Positions 29,757-39,426 of a stretch of DNA of 64,000 nt are shown here, piece after piece. The notes under the pieces were generated by a model. The model made no database searches. It saw only the letters and a program-made list of their open reading frames with translations, and was not told the DNA's origin. Numbering within the stretch: position 1 is the first letter of the stretch; each line of letters starts with the position of its first letter. The stretch covers positions 101,328-165,327 of the forward strand of contig JACAEN010000026.1 of NCBI GenBank assembly GCA_013388845.1. Direction: 5' to 3'. This DNA comes from Chloroflexota bacterium (GTDB lineage Bacteria; Chloroflexota; Dehalococcoidia; GIF9; AB-539-J10). The position numbers and the translations under genes were made by a program.

Positions 29757-30235
29757 AGAAGATAATACTCATCCTGGTGTTGCTCATATTGGTTTCAAGC
29801 ATAGTTGCATGTAGCAGTAATGGCACACAAAGTAGCCAGCGAATAGAAGCGACGTGGGTTGAGCCACAGGTAGTTGGCGATACTGTATCCATACCAGTAA
29901 GTGAGGTCGAAAATAATTGGAATGTCCACTTTAATGTAAATACACCAGGCGGGGATATGAATTTCATGGCCTATGTGTTGGATGGAGAAATCTATGTCCG
30001 GGCAAATGTTTGCCCACCATGCCAGTCAATAGGCTTTTCTCTTGACGAAGACATTCTAGTATGCGATAGGTGCGCGACTACTTTCAGGGCACAAACAGGC
30101 GAAGGAATCAGCGGAGCCTGTGTGGGTTATCCCAAAGCAGCAGTTGCATACGAGATTAGCGGTGGCAACATAGTAATGAACAGCACCGACCTCGCGACTG
30201 CCTATCAAGATACTATTGAACCTGGGTGGCCTTAA
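29750..30235 (+). CDS. Lipoprotein with CPPC…CDRC zinc-ribbon-like motif
   Basis: Signal peptide plus lipobox (IVACSS). Two CxxC pairs. Confidence 0.5.
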   Translation: MLKKIILILVLLILVSSIVACSSNGTQSSQRIEATWVEPQVVGDTVSIPVSEVENNWNVHFNVNTPGGDMNFMAYVLDGEIYVRANVCPPCQSIGFSLDEDILVCDRCATTFRAQTGEGISGACVGYPKAAVAYEISGGNIVMNSTDLATAYQDTIEPGWP

Positions 30236-30299
30236 AGAGTAAACGATAGAAATTCGTGGAGTTGAGTCCTGATTGCACCAGATAAGGAGGACAGGATAA

Positions 30300-31298
30300 A
30301 TGGTGACCAGAAAAACAACAAGTAGAGAAAGAGAGCTCGAATTGAGCAGAGGGGCGGCACGAAAGAACAGCCTGATGATAATATCAGCGGCAATTGTGGT
30401 GGCAGCAGTGCTGCTTTTGGTCCTATTTAACCCGCTGTCAGCCAATCATCGGCCAGCCATCGCCAGTCTGGAAGCTGAGTCGGAGAGAGTTCTTCCTTCG
30501 AGAAGCTGCCAGATTGCGTGTAATGCTTCAGACCGTGATGGCGACGGGCTAAGCTATAACTGGTCGGCTAGTGGAGGTGAAATAAGTGGGGAGGGAGCTA
30601 CGGTTACCTGGACCGCTCCCGACTCTGCAGGCTCCTACAATGTTACAGTAACGGTGACCGATGGCCGCGGTGGCGAAGTCACGAAACAGATAACCATCAC
30701 AGTGAGAGCTAATAAGCCGCCAACCATTACCAGCCTAGGAGCCGGTGCAGACTGGACCACCCCTTTGGATAGTATCCAGGTGACGTGTACTGCTTCAGAC
30801 CCTGATGATGATGAGCTGAACTATGAGTGGTCAACCAGCGGAGGTAATATTACCGGCACGGGACCTGAAGTTATCTGGACTGCTCCCGAAGAAGTTGGCA
30901 TATACCACGTCACAGTTGCGGTTACCGATGGTCACGGTGAAGAAGACACAAGGTTGGTATATCTCAGCGTGTCAAATGATCCTCCGCCAATTATTGAAGA
31001 TCTGATTGTTACTGCCGAGCACCAATACTTGAAGGAAACCACTACTGGGTACAACGTCGGGAAAACAAAAGAATACGATATTGAGTGCATTGCTTCAAAC
31101 ACGAGCGGCGAACTGGTTTATGAATGGTCATGCGATGGTGGCGAGATTTTCGGGGAGGGCTCTATGATTACCTGGACTGCCCCGGATGTGTCCGTTGAAG
31201 TTACAGTCACGGTGGTAGTGACTGATGTCGCTGATAATAGTGTGAGCAAGAGCATAATTCTTAATGTGGTGCCTTGTTCAGCATGCATTTTTGGATAA
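30300..31298 (+). CDS. Membrane-anchored protein with three PKD-like repeats
   Basis: N-terminal TM anchor. Three repeats of C(N/T)ASD(R/P)DGD(G/E)L(S/N)Y(N/E)WS(A/T)SGG…TW(T)APD…Y…VTV(T/A)VTDG. Confidence 0.6.
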   Translation: MVTRKTTSRERELELSRGAARKNSLMIISAAIVVAAVLLLVLFNPLSANHRPAIASLEAESERVLPSRSCQIACNASDRDGDGLSYNWSASGGEISGEGATVTWTAPDSAGSYNVTVTVTDGRGGEVTKQITITVRANKPPTITSLGAGADWTTPLDSIQVTCTASDPDDDELNYEWSTSGGNITGTGPEVIWTAPEEVGIYHVTVAVTDGHGEEDTRLVYLSVSNDPPPIIEDLIVTAEHQYLKETTTGYNVGKTKEYDIECIASNTSGELVYEWSCDGGEIFGEGSMITWTAPDVSVEVTVTVVVTDVADNSVSKSIILNVVPCSACIFG

Positions 31299-31323
31299 AA
31301 TTAGGGGATAAAGAGAGGAAGAT

Positions 31324-32541
31324 TTGTCCTATGCTATAGCCTTGCGCTGCCGGAAGTGTGGGCGAGAATATCCGTTGGAGCCTCTTAATCTATGTGACTT
31401 CTGTTTTAGTCCGTTAGAGGTGATCTACGACTACAAGTCTATAAGTAAAGCGGTAAGTCGGGAAAAGATTATCAAGGGGCCGCCAAGCATGTGGCGCTAC
31501 AAAGACTTGCTGCCTGTCGATGATGATATAGTGGACATTGGCACGGGATTTACTCCTCTTGTTAAGGCTGATAACTTGGAGCAGGCACTGGGGTTGGAGA
31601 AGCTTTATATTAAAAATGACTGCCTTAACCCAACGTACTCCTTCAAGGACCGGGTGGTCTCGATAGCTATCACCAAGGCACGAGAATTTGGATTTGATAC
31701 CGTGGCTTGTGCCTCAACAGGCAATCTGGCAGCTAGCGTGGCGGCTCATGCCGCCAAAGCAAATATAAAGTCCTATGTTTTCGTTCCCTCCGATGTAGAA
31801 CCAAGTAAGCTGACAGGAATAGCAATCTATAACCCGGTTCTGGTGATTGTTAGGGGAAGTTACGACGATGTCAACCGCCTCTGTAGCCAGTTAGCACAGA
31901 AGTATGATTGGGGGTTCATCAACATTAATCTCCGACCTTACTATGCTGAGGGGAGCAAAACCCTAGGTTATGAAGTAGCTGAGCAACTGGGATGGCTTGC
32001 CCCTGATTGTGTAGTGGCCCCTGCTGCCTCAGGGCTCCTCTTTACCAGGATATGGAAAAGCCTGGACGAGCTTTCTATGCTGGGTTTAATTCAACCAGTC
32101 AATACTCACATGTATGTCACCCAGGCTGCGGGTTCTTCCCCAATTGTCAATGCTTTTGAGGCAGGCACTCTCCATGTGCACCCAGTGAAACCAAATACCA
32201 TCGCCAAGTCTATAGCTATTGGGGACCCGGCCGATGGTTATTATGCATTGAGAGTTGCCCGACAGTCAGGGGGTGGAGCCTGCGCTGTTACCGATGAAGA
32301 AATGGTTGCGGGAATGAAGCTGCTGGCTGAAACTGAAGGCATTTTCGCCGAGACTGCTGGTGGTGTGGTAATAGCTGGGTTGAGAAAGTTAGTAACTTCA
32401 GGAGTAATTAAAAAGGATGAGCTTACAGTGGCTTTCATTACCGGAGCAGGACTCAAAACACAAGAAGTGATAGCCGGAGAAGTGCGTCCCATAGTAATCC
32501 AACCCAACTTGGAATCCTTTGAGGAAATTTTTGGTAAGTGA
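31324..32541 (+). CDS. Threonine-synthase-family PLP enzyme with N-terminal Cys4 zinc ribbon (ThrC or MetM-like O-phosphohomoserine-utilising enzyme)
   Basis: CRKCG…CDFC ribbon. PLP-lysine motif TYSFKDR. The Gly-rich loop is conserved. 405 aa. Confidence 0.75.
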   Translation: MSYAIALRCRKCGREYPLEPLNLCDFCFSPLEVIYDYKSISKAVSREKIIKGPPSMWRYKDLLPVDDDIVDIGTGFTPLVKADNLEQALGLEKLYIKNDCLNPTYSFKDRVVSIAITKAREFGFDTVACASTGNLAASVAAHAAKANIKSYVFVPSDVEPSKLTGIAIYNPVLVIVRGSYDDVNRLCSQLAQKYDWGFININLRPYYAEGSKTLGYEVAEQLGWLAPDCVVAPAASGLLFTRIWKSLDELSMLGLIQPVNTHMYVTQAAGSSPIVNAFEAGTLHVHPVKPNTIAKSIAIGDPADGYYALRVARQSGGGACAVTDEEMVAGMKLLAETEGIFAETAGGVVIAGLRKLVTSGVIKKDELTVAFITGAGLKTQEVIAGEVRPIVIQPNLESFEEIFGK

Positions 32542-32606
32542 GCTTGAGTCTGTAATATCCTACTCGTGTTATAATTTGGTTCTAGGAGAAATATCAGGAG
32601 GACAAG

Positions 32607-32849
32607 ATGGTTAAGCGAAGAGTAAGGTTCACCTTTCCCCCAGAATTGATCAAGGAGCCCATCATTTACAAACTTGGCCAGCAGTTTGAGGTAGTGACCA
32701 ATATCCGCCGTGCCGATATAAATGGAGATAAGGGCTGGGTAGTTCTTGAGTTGGAGGGGGAAGGAGAAGATATCGAGCGTGGAATTGCCTGGGTAACGGC
32801 CAAGGGGGTGAGGGTCGACTCTGTCAGTGGCGACGTGGTGGAGGGCTAA
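32607..32849 (+). CDS. Standalone NIL-domain protein (80 aa)
   Basis: Homologous to the N-terminal domain of the NIL-ferredoxin at 47445: RRVRFTFPPELIKEPIIYKLGQQFEVVTNIRRA…WVVLELEGE… versus RRIVLHFPPNITGQPVVYRLVKDFGLTFNILKA…LLVMELSGE…. RBS CAGGAGG. Confidence 0.6.
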   Translation: MVKRRVRFTFPPELIKEPIIYKLGQQFEVVTNIRRADINGDKGWVVLELEGEGEDIERGIAWVTAKGVRVDSVSGDVVEG

Positions 32850-32870
32850 GAATATAGTGGGGAGATAGCT

Positions 32871-33881
32871 ATGGATAGATATTCAAGGCAGATACTTGTA
32901 GCAAATATTGGAGAATCTGGCCAGCAGAAACTCTTAAGAAGCAGGGTTCTACTCGTTGGTTGTGGTGCGCTAGGTACAGTGATAGCCAACAACCTTGTTA
33001 GGGCTGGGGTCGGCTATATAAAGATCGTGGACAGGGATTGCGTTGAACTGGATAATCTCCAGCGACAGATGCTATTCGACGAAGAGGATGTGGAAAAGCG
33101 GATGCCCAAGGCATTGGCAGCAGCCAATAAGCTACGCAGGATAAACTCCTCTATAGAAATACAAGCTGAGGTGAAGGATGTTACCCAGAAGAATGTTGAA
33201 TGGTTGGTCAGGGATATAGATATCGTCCTGGATGCGACCGACAACCTCGAAACGCGCCTGCTGATAAATGATGCCTGCTTTAAACATAATATCCCTTGGA
33301 TATATGGTGCTGTGATATCGAGCTGCGGTATGACGATGAATATCATTCCCGGAGAGACAGCTTGCTTTAGGTGTCTCCTTCCTTACGTGCCAGCCCCAGG
33401 TTCCGCTCTTACCTGCGACACCGCCGGAGTGCTGAATGCGATACCGACCGTAATCGCGTCGCTTCAGTCCAATGAGGCGATCAAGATCCTTTTAGGGGAT
33501 AAGCATGTGAATCAGGGACTGCTGGTAATTGACTTGATGGATAATAGCTTCGAGAAAATCCCCGTGGGGAAAAGGGATGATTGCCCATTATGCCGGGACA
33601 GAAAGTTTGAGTATTTAGACAAAAAAGGGTTGAGTGAGCCGATCAAGCTATGCGGGAGGGAGATGGTACAGATCACCCCACAAAGGGAGATGGAGGTCTC
33701 ACTAGAAGATCTCAAGGAAAAGTTAGAGAGGGTAGGCGACGCTTCCTATATGGGATATCTATTAAGGTTCAGTGTGGACAAATATGAACTAATAATTTTC
33801 CCCGATGGGAGAGCTTTTGTGAAAGGCGTTAGTGACAAGGAGACGGCGAGAAGCCTGTACGCTAAGTACATCGGGGTATAG
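32871..33881 (+). CDS. E1-like ThiF/MoeB/HesA-family activating enzyme with CxxC zinc site and an extra domain of about 90 aa at the C-terminus
   Basis: RQIL…GQQKL…VLLVGCGALG… nucleotide-binding motif. …CFRC…CPLC… zinc pairs. Confidence 0.8.
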   Translation: MDRYSRQILVANIGESGQQKLLRSRVLLVGCGALGTVIANNLVRAGVGYIKIVDRDCVELDNLQRQMLFDEEDVEKRMPKALAAANKLRRINSSIEIQAEVKDVTQKNVEWLVRDIDIVLDATDNLETRLLINDACFKHNIPWIYGAVISSCGMTMNIIPGETACFRCLLPYVPAPGSALTCDTAGVLNAIPTVIASLQSNEAIKILLGDKHVNQGLLVIDLMDNSFEKIPVGKRDDCPLCRDRKFEYLDKKGLSEPIKLCGREMVQITPQREMEVSLEDLKEKLERVGDASYMGYLLRFSVDKYELIIFPDGRAFVKGVSDKETARSLYAKYIGV

Positions 33882-33936
33882 GTATGGGGCTTATCATTAG
33901 CACTTCGAGAATGCTAAAAGCAAAGAAAGAGTTAGA

Positions 33937-34221
33937 ATGAGCATCATGGTGAGGATTCCTTCCCTACTGCACCAACAAACAAAGGGGCAGAAGGTAGTGG
34001 ATGTGACAGCAAATGATGCCTTGGAGTGCCTGAATAACTTGGGGGCTCAATCTCCGGGCCTTCAGCGATGGCTCTATGGCAAGCAGAGCGAGTTATGGTC
34101 TCAGGTTCATATTTTCATCAATGGGGAGCAGGCTTCCGTCGGTGAATTATTAAAGTATGGCGATGAACTCTCAATGACGCTTGTCATTGCCGGTGGGATA
34201 GAACTTGTATGGCAACCATGA
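33937..34221 (+). CDS. ThiS/MoaD/CysO-like sulfur-carrier protein with 7 residues (IELVWQP) after the Gly-Gly
   Basis: Beta-grasp pattern MVRIPSLL…VDV…LECLNNL…IFINGE…[20 protein letters not shown]. The stop overlaps the iscS start. Confidence 0.6.
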   Translation: MSIMVRIPSLLHQQTKGQKVVDVTANDALECLNNLGAQSPGLQRWLYGKQSELWSQVHIFINGEQASVGELLKYGDELSMTLVIAGGIELVWQP

Positions 34222-35384
34222 AGCGCATATATCTGGATCATGCTGCCACCACGCCAACTCATCCTGAGGTGGTACAGGCCATGCTGCCTTATTTTACTGA
34301 GGCGTTTGGCAATCCTTCGAGTATCTATTCTTATGGACAAGAAGCGAAGGGAGCTATAGAAGAGGCCAGAACTAAGGTAGCGGAATTTATCGGTGCCCGG
34401 AGCGAGGAGATTATCTTTACCAGTGGAGGAACGGAGGCGGATAATTTCGCCCTTAAGGGCATTGCCTATGCCAATGAACATAAAGGGAATCACATCATCA
34501 CTACCGCCATTGAGCACCATGCCGTGATTGAGGCGTGCAAGTTTTTAGAGAGAAGAGGATTCAGGATAACTTACCTGCCGGTGGATAAATACGGCCTGGT
34601 TGACCCTGACGATGTGAAAAGAGCTATTACTGACAAGACTATCCTCATCTCAGTCATGCATGCGAGCAACGAAGTGGGTACTATAGAGCCTATAGGCGAA
34701 ATAGGCAAAATTGCTAAAGAGGCGGACATCTATTTTCACAGCGATGCTGTGCAAACGGTAGGACACATTCCAGTGAATGTGGATGAACTCAAGGTGGACT
34801 TGCTCTCCATTTCAGGGCATAAATTCTACGGGCCCAAGGGAGTGGGGGCGCTGTATGTCAGAAAGGGCACTAGGTTAGTTCCCTTTGTACACGGAGGTGG
34901 GCAGGAAAGGCGGCGGCGCGCTGGTACGGAAAATGTCCCAGCTATCGTGGGGCTGGGCAAGGCGGCGGAGCTGGCTGGGCAGGGGATGGGCAAGGAAGCA
35001 GAACGGTTGGCTTATCTTCGTGATAAGCTGATTAAAGGTCTCAGGGAGAAGATTGACCACACCCGCTTGAATGGTCATCCCACAAGAAGGTTGCCCAACA
35101 ATGTCAATATCAGCGTGGATTTTGTGGAAGGGGAGTCCATGCTTTTGAATCTCGATCTAGAGGGCATCTGTGCTTCCACTGGGTCGGCCTGCAGCTCCTC
35201 AAGCCTAGAGCCGTCCCACGTTCTTCTGGCACTGGGGCTTTCTCCCGAGCAAGCTCACGGTTCGCTCAGGTTCACGCTGGGGCGGGAAAACACGGAAACA
35301 GACGTGGAGCGAGTACTAGAGGTCTTGCCGGGAATTGTCAGCAAGTTGAGAGCCATGTCCCCGCTTTTGAAAACTCAACAGTAG
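34218..35384 (+). CDS. iscS: Cysteine desulfurase (IscS/NifS), copy 1
   Basis: …[10 protein letters not shown]…, the PLP lysine in …[12 protein letters not shown]…, and the active-site SACSS. Confidence 0.85.
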   Translation: MKRIYLDHAATTPTHPEVVQAMLPYFTEAFGNPSSIYSYGQEAKGAIEEARTKVAEFIGARSEEIIFTSGGTEADNFALKGIAYANEHKGNHIITTAIEHHAVIEACKFLERRGFRITYLPVDKYGLVDPDDVKRAITDKTILISVMHASNEVGTIEPIGEIGKIAKEADIYFHSDAVQTVGHIPVNVDELKVDLLSISGHKFYGPKGVGALYVRKGTRLVPFVHGGGQERRRRAGTENVPAIVGLGKAAELAGQGMGKEAERLAYLRDKLIKGLREKIDHTRLNGHPTRRLPNNVNISVDFVEGESMLLNLDLEGICASTGSACSSSSLEPSHVLLALGLSPEQAHGSLRFTLGRENTETDVERVLEVLPGIVSKLRAMSPLLKTQQ

Positions 35385-35386
35385 GA

Positions 35387-35806
35387 ATGGAACAAATGCC
35401 TGATGTCCCGTCGCAGTACAGCGAGAAGGTAATGGAGCACTTCAAGAATCCCCGCAATGTTGGGGAAATGGAGAACCCGGACGGCGTGGGACGGGTCGGT
35501 AATCCGGTGTGCGGCGATATTATGGAGCTTTACATTAAAGTAAAGGATGGCATCATAGTTGACGCTAAATTCAAGACCTTTGGCTGTGGAGCAGCCATTG
35601 CCACCAGTTCCATGGTCACTGAGATGGTGAAGGGCAAGACTATAGAAGAAGCTCTGAAAATCTCCAACAAAGCAGTAGCCGAAGCTCTGGATGGGCTGCC
35701 GCCGGTCAAGATGCACTGCTCGATCCTGGCTGAGGAGGCGCTTAAATCGGCCATTGAGGATTACTTAGACAACTCAAAGAAGAGAGGAAGAGCCGCAAAA
35801 CGATGA
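35387..35806 (+). CDS. iscU: Fe-S cluster scaffold IscU/NifU-like, copy 1
   Basis: …NPRNVGEM…GNPVCGDIM…FKTFGCGAAIA…HCS… (three Cys ligands). Confidence 0.85.
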   Translation: MEQMPDVPSQYSEKVMEHFKNPRNVGEMENPDGVGRVGNPVCGDIMELYIKVKDGIIVDAKFKTFGCGAAIATSSMVTEMVKGKTIEEALKISNKAVAEALDGLPPVKMHCSILAEEALKSAIEDYLDNSKKRGRAAKR

Positions 35807-35862
35807 TGCATGTGGTAGTGGCCGGTTTTGCCGCATATTGAATTGTAAGCAGAGGGCGGATT

Positions 35863-36264
35863 GTGAGTACAGAAGAGGAAATCTTGAGCTCCAGCCGAGT
35901 TGTAGCTGTGGTTGGGCTTTCCTGGAAACCTCACCGACCAAGCTATAAAGTAGCCAGTTACCTAAAAGAGCAAGGCTATAAGATAATTCCCGTAAACCCC
36001 ACTGAGAAGGAGATATTGGGAGGAGTTTGTTATCCTGCACTCGCATCCATTCCAGAGCCTGTGGATGTAGTTGACATCTTTCGCCGCTCGGAAGAGGTGC
36101 CACCTATTGTAGAAGAGGCAATCAGGATAGGAGCAAAGGCAGTGTGGATGCAGGAAGGAGTGATAAGCGAGGAGGCAGCCGCCCGAGCCAGAGAAGCTGG
36201 ACTCAAGGTGGTTATGGATAAGTGCATGCTTAAGGAGCACCGAAAGCTACACGGTAAAGGATAG
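35863..36264 (+). CDS. CoA-binding domain protein (YccU-like)
   Basis: …VVAVVGLSWKPHRPSYKV…GYKIIPVNP… is a CoA-binding Rossmann fold. Confidence 0.7.
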   Translation: MSTEEEILSSSRVVAVVGLSWKPHRPSYKVASYLKEQGYKIIPVNPTEKEILGGVCYPALASIPEPVDVVDIFRRSEEVPPIVEEAIRIGAKAVWMQEGVISEEAAARAREAGLKVVMDKCMLKEHRKLHGKG

Positions 36265-36486
36265 GTCATAATCGATTTTCGTAGAGGCTTCGGAGAAAAT
36301 TAGCATTCAAAACCGGCTATGTAAGGACAGCCGGGTCATTCTAGACGACGGTATGAAGCGGAGTACAGTCAAAAGAAACGACTTAGGCAGGCAAACGTCG
36401 CCAGAAACAAGCTGTAATGTATATACTGAAGCGGAAGTTAGGGGTACAAGCAGATAAAATCGGGGAAATTGTCGAGGGTGCACGTC

Positions 36487-36696
36487 GTGAAGGTAAGAGT
36501 AGATAGAGATTTGTGTATTGGAGTGGGTAATTGCGTTGCCTATGCACCAACAGTCTTTGAACTTGACCAGGAGAGCAAAGCAGTAGTTCTTGATCCTTCC
36601 TCGGTTGACGATGATATTCTGTTGGAGGCAGCTAAAAGCTGTCCCGAAAATGCCATCATTGTTGAGGACGATGAAGGACATCAACTTTATCCCTGA
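36487..36696 (+). CDS. Small single-cluster ferredoxin (CxxVxxC…CP, 3Fe-4S-type pattern)
   Basis: MKVRVDRDLCIGVGNCVAYAP…AAKSCPENAI. GTG start. A TTG at 36469 is the alternative start. Confidence 0.55.
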   Translation: MKVRVDRDLCIGVGNCVAYAPTVFELDQESKAVVLDPSSVDDDILLEAAKSCPENAIIVEDDEGHQLYP

Positions 36697-36767
36697 GCTT
36701 GGCAGCAGACTTCGCAGTAAATTCAGGATGCTTGATTCTTTTGGGGTATAATTAAGGAGGTGTCCTT

Positions 36768-37955
36768 ATGAAGAAGGTATATCTGGACAATGCCTCAACT
36801 ACTCCTCTTCTCCCTGAGGTTCGTGAAGCAATGCTGCCCTTTTTAGGAGAGGACTTTGGGAACCCATCCTGTCTTCACGATTGGGGAGATACGGCACGGG
36901 AAGCTATGGAAAATGCTCGGACCGAAGTGGCTCAGCTTATTGGTGCTGACGCTGAGGAAATAATCTTCACCGCCAGTGGCACTGAGAGCAATAACTTCGC
37001 CGTTAAAGGTCTGGCACTAGCGCAACAAAACGAGGGCAAGCATGTAGTAGTCTCAGCTATTGAGCATTTCTCGGTGCTGCACTCAGCGAAGACTCTGGAG
37101 AAATGGGGCTTTGAACTGAGTCTGGTTCCAGTAGACAGGTATGGTGTGATTGACCCCGAGGATGTGCGGCGCAGCATCAGGAAAGATACCGTGCTAGTAT
37201 CCATTATGCACGCTAATAACGAGGTGGGTACTATAGAGCCAATCAAGGAGATTGCCAAAGTCGCCAAGGAAAGAGGCGTGGTTTTCCACACTGACGCCGT
37301 GGCTACTGCGGGCACAATTCCGGTCGATGTAAGGGAGCTAGGGATAGACGCCTTGAGCCTGGCAGGAAACCAGTTCTACGGTCCCAAGGGAGTCGGTGCT
37401 CTTTGGGTACGCAAGGGGGTGCGTATTTTACCTTTCCTCGATGGTGGAGTCCAGGAAGGGGGCCGGCGCGCCGGGACGGAGAACATCCCAGCCATTGTTG
37501 GCTTGGGCAAGGCGGCTGAGTTGGCCAGGATGCATATGAAAACTCGAATAGAGCACCTTAGCCGCCTCCGTAACCGCTTGCTGACAGAATTGCCCAACAA
37601 GATTGACCATGTAGTAGTTACCGGGCACCCCCAGAATCGCCTTCCTGGGCATGCCAGCTTCTGTGTGGAATTTATCGAGGGCGAAGCCATGCTCATGTTA
37701 TTGAACAGCCAAGGGGTTGCTGTCACCAGCGGCTCGGCATGCACCTCGAGAGCGCTTAAAGCGTCACATGTGCTCATTGCCATGGGTTTACCCCATGCGC
37801 TGGCTCAGGGTTCCCTCCTTTTCAGCTTCGGTTTAGATAATACTTCTGAAGATATAGACTACGTCCTTGAAGTGCTGCCTCCCATTGTGGACAGATTGCG
37901 ACAGATGTCGCCACTTTATGCTAAATTTACCAAAACAAGCAAAGGAGGCCAATAA
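36768..37955 (+). CDS. iscS: Cysteine desulfurase (IscS/NifS), copy 2
   Basis: Paralog of copy 1 (…[10 protein letters not shown]…[12 protein letters not shown]…SGSACTS…). RBS AAGGAGG. Confidence 0.85.
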   Translation: MKKVYLDNASTTPLLPEVREAMLPFLGEDFGNPSCLHDWGDTAREAMENARTEVAQLIGADAEEIIFTASGTESNNFAVKGLALAQQNEGKHVVVSAIEHFSVLHSAKTLEKWGFELSLVPVDRYGVIDPEDVRRSIRKDTVLVSIMHANNEVGTIEPIKEIAKVAKERGVVFHTDAVATAGTIPVDVRELGIDALSLAGNQFYGPKGVGALWVRKGVRILPFLDGGVQEGGRRAGTENIPAIVGLGKAAELARMHMKTRIEHLSRLRNRLLTELPNKIDHVVVTGHPQNRLPGHASFCVEFIEGEAMLMLLNSQGVAVTSGSACTSRALKASHVLIAMGLPHALAQGSLLFSFGLDNTSEDIDYVLEVLPPIVDRLRQMSPLYAKFTKTSKGGQ

Positions 37956-37956
37956 T

Positions 37957-38346
37957 ATGCCAGTTTATAGTGAAAAAGTCATGGAACATTTCATGAACCC
38001 TCGCAATGTTGGAGAGATTGAGAACCCCGATGGTGTTGGGGAGGTAGGCAACCCGGTATGTGGGGATATGATGACCTTCTACATAAAGGTCAAAGATAAC
38101 CGTCTGGAAGATGTTAAGTTCAGGACTTTTGGTTGCGGGGCAGCTATCGCTGTTTCCAGCATGGTGAGCGAGATGGCTAAGGGCAAAACCCTAGAAGAAG
38201 CGCTGAAAATCACGCCCCGCTCAGTGGCCGATGAGCTGGAGGGATTACCCAAGCAAAAATTTCATTGCTCCAATCTGGGTGCTCAAGCTTTAAGGAAAGC
38301 GATAGAAGATTATCTGAGCAAAAAGAAAAAGGGAGGAAAAAAGTGA
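37957..38346 (+). CDS. iscU: Fe-S cluster scaffold IscU/NifU-like, copy 2
   Basis: MPVYSEKVMEHFMNPRNVGEI…GNPVCGDMM…FGCGAAIA…HCS. RBS AAAGGAGG. Confidence 0.85.
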   Translation: MPVYSEKVMEHFMNPRNVGEIENPDGVGEVGNPVCGDMMTFYIKVKDNRLEDVKFRTFGCGAAIAVSSMVSEMAKGKTLEEALKITPRSVADELEGLPKQKFHCSNLGAQALRKAIEDYLSKKKKGGKK

Positions 38347-38531
38347 TGGCAAGGAAAAAAGAGAAAAAAGTGCGCCTTTGTTGTCCCTACTGTGAGCAGG
38401 AGATAATGGAGGCGGATTTCCCGTACTGCCAGGCTTGCCAGGTGACTATTTTTTACTGTCCCAAGTGCCGGAAGCCCCTGCCCCGCGAGAATATGGTATG
38501 CCCTCATTGTGGGGCTGAGATTAAGGGCTGA
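38346..38531 (+). CDS. Small zinc-ribbon protein (61 aa, four CxxC pairs)
   Basis: MARKKEKKVRLCCPYCEQ…CQAC…CPKC…CPHCG. Its ATG overlaps the iscU stop. Confidence 0.45.
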   Translation: MARKKEKKVRLCCPYCEQEIMEADFPYCQACQVTIFYCPKCRKPLPRENMVCPHCGAEIKG

Positions 38532-38620
38532 GAACTCTTTTCTGCTGAATTCAGAATGAGATATAAGTCACATACAAACATCCCAGCATAAGATATTATT
38601 GTTCCAAAGAGGTTTGGATT

Positions 38621-38872
38621 ATGGTGGATTCTAAGTCACCCAAGCAGGCTCATCACACCTTGGATTGTATAGGACTCTACTGCCCCACGCCAGTGCTAAA
38701 AACTAGACAGGAAATAGACAAACTTGCCATTGGCGAAATTCTGGAGGTACTGGCTGATGATCCGGCTGCTGAGGAGGACCTTAAAGCTTGGGCTAAGCGG
38801 ACCGGGCAAAAAATACTTGAGATAAAGAAAACCAATGAAGGTATGAGATTTCTCATACAAAAGAAGAAATAG
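38621..38872 (+). CDS. tusA: TusA-like sulfurtransferase
   Basis: CPxP motif in LDCIGLYCPTPVLKT. Confidence 0.75.
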   Translation: MVDSKSPKQAHHTLDCIGLYCPTPVLKTRQEIDKLAIGEILEVLADDPAAEEDLKAWAKRTGQKILEIKKTNEGMRFLIQKKK

Positions 38873-38882
38873 GAGGTTAACG

Positions 38883-39251
38883 ATGGCTAGGAAAAAGCAT
38901 CTGCTCTACGTTCAAACAAGCGGTGTCGATTCGCCAAAGCGCCTTTACGCGCCTTTCGTCTTGGCCACGACAGCTAGGGCCATGGATATTGATGCTACCA
39001 TCTATTTCCTGGGTCTGGGAATAACAGTGGTAAAGAAGGGTATGGCTGAGACGGTTAAAGAGGGCAACTTCCCCAGCCTGAGGGAGATAATGGACCAGGC
39101 TATAAAGGCCGGGGTAAAACTGCTGGTCTGTGAACAAAGTACCCAGTTGCTTCGCATGGAAAGGGGAGACTTCATACCAGAGGCCAAGGTTGTCGGCGCT
39201 GCCACACTCAATGACTTAGTTCTGGAAGCCGATGGCACTATGTGGTTCTAG
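38883..39251 (+). CDS. DsrE/DsrF/TusD-like sulfur-relay protein
   Basis: …LYVQTSG…ATIYFLGLGITVVKKG…KLLVCEQST… is the DsrE-fold pattern. Confidence 0.6.
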   Translation: MARKKHLLYVQTSGVDSPKRLYAPFVLATTARAMDIDATIYFLGLGITVVKKGMAETVKEGNFPSLREIMDQAIKAGVKLLVCEQSTQLLRMERGDFIPEAKVVGAATLNDLVLEADGTMWF

Positions 39252-39426
39252 GTAAAGCAGGAACAGTCTTGTTTGGCTCACCTGGTACCGCTGGAACTAT
39301 CCAAAAAAACAGCTTTCTGCTTGCTTGGTGGTGGTTAGACATCTCAGGCAGTGTCCCGTCTAAGGCTTATTGCCATTTCTTGATAGGTGAATGAACTATC
39401 GCTGCGCAAATGTCAGGAGGTTAATT

